A model generated the notes under the pieces. The model was not told where the DNA came from and did no database searches. It saw only the letters and a list, made by a program, of their open reading frames with translations. The position numbers and the translations under genes were made by a program. 64,000 nt of DNA. It comes from the human T2T-CHM13v2.0 reference genome, Homo sapiens. This document shows, piece after piece, positions 36,850 to 64,000 of this stretch. The stretch's first letter is position 1. Each line of letters opens with the position of its first letter. The stretch lies in NCBI RefSeq assembly GCF_009914755.1, contig NC_060943.1; one strand, given 5' to 3'.

Positions 36850-37670
36850 CGGAAACACAACCCGCCAGAGCCAGAGAGGTTCCGTCGGTCCCGCAACCCT
36901 CACAGTGCCACACACACGCGCTCACAAGGCAAATACAAATGGCCAGGCACTCATTCTTTACAATACACATATTAAGCGCCTATTATGTACTACACGCCGG
37001 GACTACCTCAAGAGGTGAAACAAACAAAATCCTGCCTGGCGGAGCTATCGCCCAGTCCCGCACGCACTCGGCCTCAGGGTCACACTCGGCGGTCCCACGC
37101 TCAAGTGGCCCGGCCAGTGGCCCAGAGGCGTCTGTTCTCCTCCTCAGCTTCCTGCGTGGGTTCCTGGTAAGTGAGTCGAACCCGCCGGATGCGCGCGCGC
37201 CTGCGCCTCCGCCCAAAAGGATCAGTTTCCGGCTGTGGACTACATTTCCCAGAAGCCCCTTGGGCAGTGTTGCCTGGACCCCAAGGGCCCTTTACATTGC
37301 GTTCTTAACGGTTCAGTCACCTTAACCGTTATTATTCACTTGCGGGCGAGAAGTCCGAGCTAGGTGAGGCGGAACGGGACTCTTACGAGTAGGACTGGGG
37401 ATAGAACTGCCGCCCAAAGTGAGGCGCTCCAGGGCCCAGACCTGGCGTGTCGTGCCCGCAGGGAGCCTCAGGCCTGTGCGTGCTTGGGGAGCGGAGAAGG
37501 GAAATTGTGTGACAAAATGTGGCAGACGGTGTATGTGTGTGTGTGCGCGCGACGGGGCGCCTGTCAGGACCGGGTTGGGCGGGTGTGGGTGCGGGTGTGA
37601 GGCTGAGACAGGTGCCTGGCTCTCTGGTGTGTGTCACTGACCCTCTACCCTCCTCACGGCCTCGGTGTTT
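36850..37670 (+). promoter_or_regulatory. ZNF546 CpG-island promoter with non-coding first exon (donor TAG|gtgagg at 37363/37364)
   Basis: CpG-rich; NRF1-like GCGCCTGCGC (~37197), GC box CCGCCC, ETS TTTCCGG, ACTACATTTCCCAGAAGCC (37239-37257). Confidence 0.8.
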
Positions 37671-38066
37671 GCACACAGCAGTGTCCCCAAGAGGGAAGTC
37701 AAATATCGAGCTCTGGGATGAAGGTTCCCAGCAAGAAGGTACAGACCTGGGTTGGCGATTGGACTTTTGAATTAGAAGTGTCCCTAAAACAGACTCCTGG
37801 GACGACAGGTTGGAAGACTGCGCAGTTGGAGCCGCTGTGTGGGCAGCTGCATGTTTCAGAACCACTGCATTCCCATACCTTTGATCTAGAAACCTGGTGT
37901 GAGTTCAGAGACAGATCCCAGCCTCACTCTCACACAGCTGTTATGTGCGTGAGGTCAGCACAGATGTGGCGCTGGAGGGGATATTCTAGGTCGGTCTGTG
38001 CTCTTAAGAAAGGCCTGCTGTCTCATGATTATTTTTCTTCCCCCATTCTGCTATTCATCAAAACAG

Positions 38067-38121
38067 GGATCCTGAAAAGGAGGGAACAATTGTTGTAGCA
38101 GGTCTAAAAGTTCAGGTCCAG
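38067..38121 (+). other. Probable ZNF546 5' UTR exon
   Basis: Pyrimidine-rich tract, aaacag| acceptor and consensus CAG|gtaagt donor. Confidence 0.55.
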
Positions 38122-38532
38122 GTAAGTTTATATTTCCTTTTTATTCATAAAATGGAAATCACACATTCTAATCCTCACACAGCCTTGCCTGCACCCAGTC
38201 ATACGGCGTGGTACCACACTGCTATGTCAAGCACAGCCACAATCTACCACAGAGCCTGTCACCTCATTGCTCACAGTCACAAAAATCACATCCCCAGGTA
38301 CTTTCTGTAGCTTTCATTTGCATTTTTCCCTTTGAAGAAGTTCATTTGATTCAATCTAAAAAGACTAAATTATTTGTCACATAAATTGCAACTCTCTGGT
38401 CTATATCTTTAAGTAAATCTTTAAATAAATGCATAAAATGTTTTTGTTTTTAGGAAATGGAAACATTGCTTTGCTTTTCCTGAATTGTCCAGTGACCTAT
38501 CCCAGGCCTTCCTTTCCAGTGAACAATGGACC

Positions 38533-55987
<17,455 letters not shown>

Positions 55988-56265
55988 AGAGAATACGATG
56001 GCCTTTAGAAAATGCCCTTTAGCAGAGAATTTGTAATTTAAGAAATTTTCTGTTTGTTACGGAACATGTGGGAATCCCTTTTACTTCATGCTCACAATTT
56101 ATCAGAAATTATTTCGTATGTTAAAGAGTCGAAAGACTATAGCATCACTCAGTCCCTGTTAGACTTTAGAAGATTGATACTGATGCACTGCATCCCAAAC
56201 CATCAAGGGCCTTTTCCCCTACAAACTGTTGTTGAACAGTGCTTCTCTAAAATGCAATAATAATG

Positions 56266-58475
<2,210 letters not shown>

Positions 58476-58677
58476 TTCCCAAAGTATTTTTAAATGTGCT
58501 TTTTTATCCCCAGTATTTCCCATTAACTGGAATTTGGGATTAGAGACCCAATTAGGGACAGATTAAATATTTTGGCAAGAATACTTAATGGGAGAAATTT
58601 TGTATTTCAATTTGTAACCCATTAGGTGGCATACAATGTCATTATACCACTATGGTATCCTTAGTTCATTCACTTGG

Positions 58678-59195
58678 TGTAGCAGAACATACATTCCAAA
58701 GATGGCCACACCAATATATCCCATTCTGCATGTTCATCTTACAATGTGATACCAACACTCCCCAAGAGGTAGAGCTCATGGTCCTTCCTTTTGAATCTGG
58801 CCAGGTGGGCCTGTGTTTATGGCAGGAATAACACTGTGATTTCCACGACTAAGTCATAAAAGGCAATACAGCTTCTGCCTGACCCACTTGGGATGAAGCC
58901 CAGCCACCATGCTATGAAGATGCCAAGTAATCACATAGAAAAGCTAAGTAAAGCTGTCCTGATTACAGCTGTAATTGAGGTAACAGCCGGGATCCAGCAC
59001 CAAGTGTATGAGGGTATGAGCCTTCAGATGATTCTAACCCTTAGCCTTCAGGCTATCCTAGCTGGTGCTAAGTGGAGCAGAGAAAAGCTTTCCCCCATGA
59101 GCCTGCCCAAATTGCAGATTTACGTTTAAAATATGGCCTGTTTTAAGCCACTAAGTTTTGGAGTAGTTTGCCACACAGCGATAGGTAACTGAAAT
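58678..59195 (+). mobile_element. MLT1-family MaLR solo LTR
   Basis: CAAAGATGGCC near start; TGTTTTAAGCCACTAAGTTTTGGAGTAGTTTG..ACACAGCGATAGGTAAC end. Confidence 0.75.
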
Positions 59196-61223
59196 ACTTG
59201 CTTCATATGGTAATCACCAGGTTTCTCTGTTGTAGAGCTAAATATTTCTTTTAATTTAGTAAACGATCTGTAGAGTAGTACTTTGGCATTTCGGAAATTT
59301 AAAATCTCCAATAATATAATGACACTAGATCAAAAAGAAAATGAAACCATAAAGGACAATTTAGAAATGAATGGTAAGATCAGAATTTGTGAATGTGGCC
59401 AAACCTGTGCTCAGTGAAAAATCAGTAACCTGTTAATATATTCAGGAAACAAATATTGAGGGCCAGCACTTTGTTTCTCCTGCTCACCACTCTACTCCCA
59501 GTGACTTAATACTGTCTCTTTAACATAGTAATCACTTATAAAACTGTTAAAAGAATGAAGAAGCATTAAACTCAAGAAACTAAGGGAAAAATAAGTCAAT
59601 ATAAGAAAGAAGGGAGGATCATTAAAAGGAGTTAATGAATTTGAAAATAAAATAGACTTATTAAGGCTTTGTGAAAAAATATTAATACTTGATTTTAGTA
59701 TAGCTAATCAAAGGAAAAAGATAATTACAGCATTGTGAATGAGAATTGGATGTAAGTACAGATGGAGGAGATATTTTTTGTTTTATTGAAAATTTCAAGG
59801 AGGAAGTAATATCAAAATTTCACTAGCTCTTTCTACACTGATATTATAATCCTGATAATACAACAGATGAGGATAGTTCTTAAAAGGCAAAAATGTAGGT
59901 GAGTCATTACGAAGAAAGCAGAAATTCTAAACCATCAGCACATTCATTCAAAAACCTAGTAAAGCAATTAAGCAAAATAATTTGTTTACTTGGACTGTCC
60001 AGGGATAGATCTGTTCTAGTTTTCCAAATTAATGATGGGAAAGGAAGAGCTGATCCAGTCCAAGTATCTTCAAGATCCATGTTCTCAGTTTTTCTTAGCT
60101 TTAAATGGCCAAATTGTGGCTTAGATTGGATATGATAATTTCCTCAATGCTTAACACTGAGCACAATTTTTCACATATTTGAAATCAAGGTGTATCTTAC
60201 AATTTATGGCATCTGACAATACTTCCAACCAGGTGGCAGTCATCAAGCAGTTTTGTGAAAAGCCTTCCCGGTAAGAATACAAAAGCATCTGCACCAAAAT
60301 ATATAGATTTAATGGCATGTAGGGGTTTGCGTGAATATATACAGTTGAAATTCAATTCTTCCTTAAAAATAATTGTAACTCATTTCTTTAAGACTACCAT
60401 ACTACCACTTTCCTCAACTTGGACTAATGTCCATTGTCAACCAAAATGTCTGTGATCTCATGGATCCATTATGATTTGCAACTCCAGGTCCATTTTATGC
60501 AAATAAGACAGCCATAATATATCATTGTACAAGTCATTTACTATCTAATTATATCATTGCTCAACATTTGCAAATTATTTTTACAAATAACAATAATTGG
60601 ATGTAACAAAAAGCAGAGTATTTTGAGACGTATATTAATGCAAAATATTGTTAATGTATCAGTGGATTGTTCCTCCAAAGTACCAGTGCCTTAACACAAC
60701 ATATCTAAAAGAACATCTCTGGGAACAGTAGTACTTAATGGCAACTTGAGAATTGGTTTGTGGGCACACAGCCTTGTGAAGTTTTGAATACTAAATCCCT
60801 TTTTTAAAAAAGTGCTTATTATCAGGCTATCAATCAAAAGATTTGAGTCTTTCAGTAAAGAAAATTTGCTTAATTTTATCTAGTGCATGATAAACTTTAC
60901 TAAGGAAGTCTCATTCAGAATATCTAATATTTTGGATGTGAGCCCACACTGGAAATGCCATAACCAAAAAAGAGTGACCCTAAAGATAGAATATTCAGAT
61001 CTAATGGCAGATGCTTAGCTATGCTGGGAAAGGAAGTGAATTGTATATTGCTCTGCTGCTCACATATTCCTCTGCAATAAATTGCTGGCCCAGTTTAGTT
61101 TTTATATACTCACTACTATACTAATGAGGATGGCTCAATTTTTTATTTGAACGTACTATAATGAATTTAAACTTTCATTGGTATTTATGTTTTAACAGGT
61201 TTTCACTATTTCAAATATACTTC

Positions 61224-61229
61224 AATAAA
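61224..61229 (+). terminator. Candidate distal poly(A) signal for a long ZNF546 3' UTR
   Basis: AATAAA followed by GU/U-rich sequence; several other AATAAA hexamers occur at 57.1-57.7 kb and 61.08 kb. Confidence 0.4.
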
Positions 61230-62287
61230 TATCCTTGTCTGTGATCATTGGTTTATGTGAATTGGAATTTCAGTAGCTGTATATACATGGAAGTACAATT
61301 GCTCATACATCATACACTCTTTCAGTTATGTTAGATAATACTAAATCAACCATGGGTTCTGTATACCCTACTAGATATTTCCAAATTGTTCTCTTAGACT
61401 CCTGAGAACTGGTAAATTGAGTGCTATAGCTTCAGTTTAGGTATGTTTTTGTATGTATTCCTAAATTTTGACTTAAGCCATTTTTCAAATGTATTTCTTG
61501 GCCTATCATCATTCCTTTACTTTGACTTTCATATTCTTGGCTTTCTCCATTATTTTTGTCTTGTTTTTTTCTTCCCTCTAATTGACTTGAATGTCATTCT
61601 GGATACTTTGCTATGTTGATGCAGTATTTTCCACCACATGCATATAGTCTGACCATGCATTCTATCTTTATGAGACATTTTAAGATTTATAGGTTATCAG
61701 TTATGTAATCTTTGCAGATTACACAAATAAAATTTTATTTTCCAGTATTTATATTTATTTTTCTTATTGCAATAGCTAGAATCTTCAGAACACAGTTGAA
61801 TATTATGGTAGTAGGTATCTTTTGTTTCCAAATTTAATGGAATATTTCCCAACATTTTTTTCTTTGGTCCTATGTTTCCTCAAGAACCTACATTTAATCA
61901 TTTACTATAATATTCACTCTTCATTTGGGGATAAATTCTCTGCTGACTTTAAATTTCCTTCAATATATGTAGGGGTAGAGGGAGGATGCCTACTTTTGTA
62001 GTGATTGTTAATTTAAAAACTGCTGAATTTTTTCCAAGGCCATTTTGTTATCTATTTTAATTTTATGTTTTTCTCCTTAAATTTATTGATGTATTGATTT
62101 GTACTTATGACTTTATTAAATTTTAAACATTTCTTGTAATATGCTACAATTTTTGTCATACTGCTAGAGTCCATTTGGTGATATTTTAATTAGAACTTTT
62201 TCATCTATAGTCAAGGCAGTATTATAGTTTCTTTTTATTTTATTGATAAGATTTTAGAGTTGTAATGATCTGTTCTTTAACACCTAG

Positions 62288-62672
<385 letters not shown>

Positions 62673-62891
62673 TAGCAGGGTTTATTTTTTATAAATTACT
62701 TAGAATTTTCTATAAACGCAATCAGGACATCTGTCAAGACAGTTCCTTTTAATTTATATTTCCTTTATTTGCCATACTGCACAGGCTAGGGCATTCTGTA
62801 GAGTGTTGAATGGAAATGTTCAAAGCAAGGCTGGGCGCAGTGGCTCACGCCTGTTATCCCAACACTTTGGGAGTCTGAGGCAGTTGGATCA

Positions 62892-63119
<228 letters not shown>

Positions 63120-63592
63120 TTATCAGAGCAGACATCCTTACCTTGAGTCTGACTTTAGTGAAAAAGCAGTCAATAATTTATCATAAAGTTCTATGTTAGC
63201 TGTTTATTTTCCCTAGATATTCTTTTTGGTTTTTTGACAAATCTTGGGGCAATTTGCCATTGAAGTCATCTGAGTCAACCTTTCTTTGCGGAAAGGATTT
63301 TTAGTGGTAGTTTCAAGGACAATATACCAAAAATATTGAATTTTTCTATCATAGCAAACAATTGAAAATGAAATCAAAAAAATTTTCATTGATAAAGAAC
63401 ATAAAATACTTAGGAATATATTTAACAAAACACATGCAAGACTACTACCTAAAAATTACACAATTTTGTTGAGAGAAGCTAGGGAAGGCCTTAATAAATT
63501 GAAACATCTTCCATAATTACAGATGAGAAGACCCAATGTTTAGAAGTCATTTCTCAAATTGATCTAGGGATTCAGTGGAATCCAGTCAGAAT

Positions 63593-63992
63593 TTGTTCTG
63601 GAGCACAGCAGTGAAGTGAGGATTGGAGGGAGCTGGTGTAGCTGCACTTTGAGGTAGGTTCATTAGCTGTTGCAAAAGGCTGGTGATAGTCACTGTTGGA
63701 AGATGATAGAGGAGGAGAGAGAAGGGACTCAGTAAGCATGGCAGCACCTCATCTTGTGCATCTTTCTTGATAAGGAAAGGGAGGTCCCTGGCTGTTGTCA
63801 TGAAAATGTCAGCTGCTTGCTCTGTGGAGAGGAAAGGAAGAATACGGGCAACCATTGTCTTCCCTTTTTGGATACACATGATCTGTACAAAGCGGTCATC
63901 ACTAGGCCTCTCTTGTCCAGGCTGTTTCCCTCTTAAGTTGTCATACATGCTACAAATTCCGTACTTTCGCTCATCCATTAGAGCAGGTCGCT
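63593..63992 (-). pseudogene. Processed pseudogene fragment of PATL1 (PAT1 homolog 1, decapping activator), C-terminal domain region
   Basis: 130-aa ORF (ICSMYDNLRGK.PGQERPSDD.FVQIMCI.KGK.MVARILPFLSTEQAADI.MTTAR.LPFLIKKDAQDEVLPCLLSPFSLLLYHLP...AVLQNKF) closely matches recalled human PATL1 with scattered substitutions. Contiguous over ~400 nt, ends abruptly in L1-like sequence; may extend past the window edge. Confidence 0.88.
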
Positions 63993-64000
63993 GTCTTAGA

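Noticed and set aside
36615-38098. 236-, 160- and 155-aa ORFs around the ZNF546 promoter
   Set aside because: Low-complexity CpG-island ORFs with no homology I can recognise.

Overview
Human (primate) genomic DNA, recognisable as the chr19q13.2 PSMC4-ZNF546 interval. Two intact plus-strand protein-coding genes can be fully reconstructed from splice signals. PSMC4 (26S proteasome AAA-ATPase Rpt3) has 11 coding exons, 11413-21512, 418 aa, and its intron 9 is a U12-type minor intron. ZNF546 (KRAB-A/B plus 22 C2H2 fingers) has 5 coding exons, 38533-55987, 836 aa. An intronless PATL1 retrocopy fragment lies at the right end on the minus strand. The rest is mostly interspersed repeats: about 50 Alus, old L1s, an HML-2 LTR5, a HERV-W LTR17 solo LTR, a MER51-type LTR, a complete MSTA MaLR provirus, and hAT MER1A/MER1B/MER30/MER58/Charlie elements. 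Almost all short ORFs in the supplied track are repeat or antisense artefacts. I found no convincing new multi-gene system. The most unusual signals are: (1) a ~490-bp duplicate (21.9 kb vs 42.7 kb) whose ends match a predicted full Pol III Alu transcript; (2) a circularly permuted duplication around the ZNF546 promoter; (3) a tailless 52-nt Alu insertion with a 19-bp TSD; (4) the splice architecture around the PSMC4 minor intron; (5) a degenerate ~30-bp array in PSMC4 intron 1; (6) higher-order periodicity in the ZNF546 finger array. Repeat subfamily names come from recalled consensus sequences, and repeat boundaries are approximate unless a TSD is cited.
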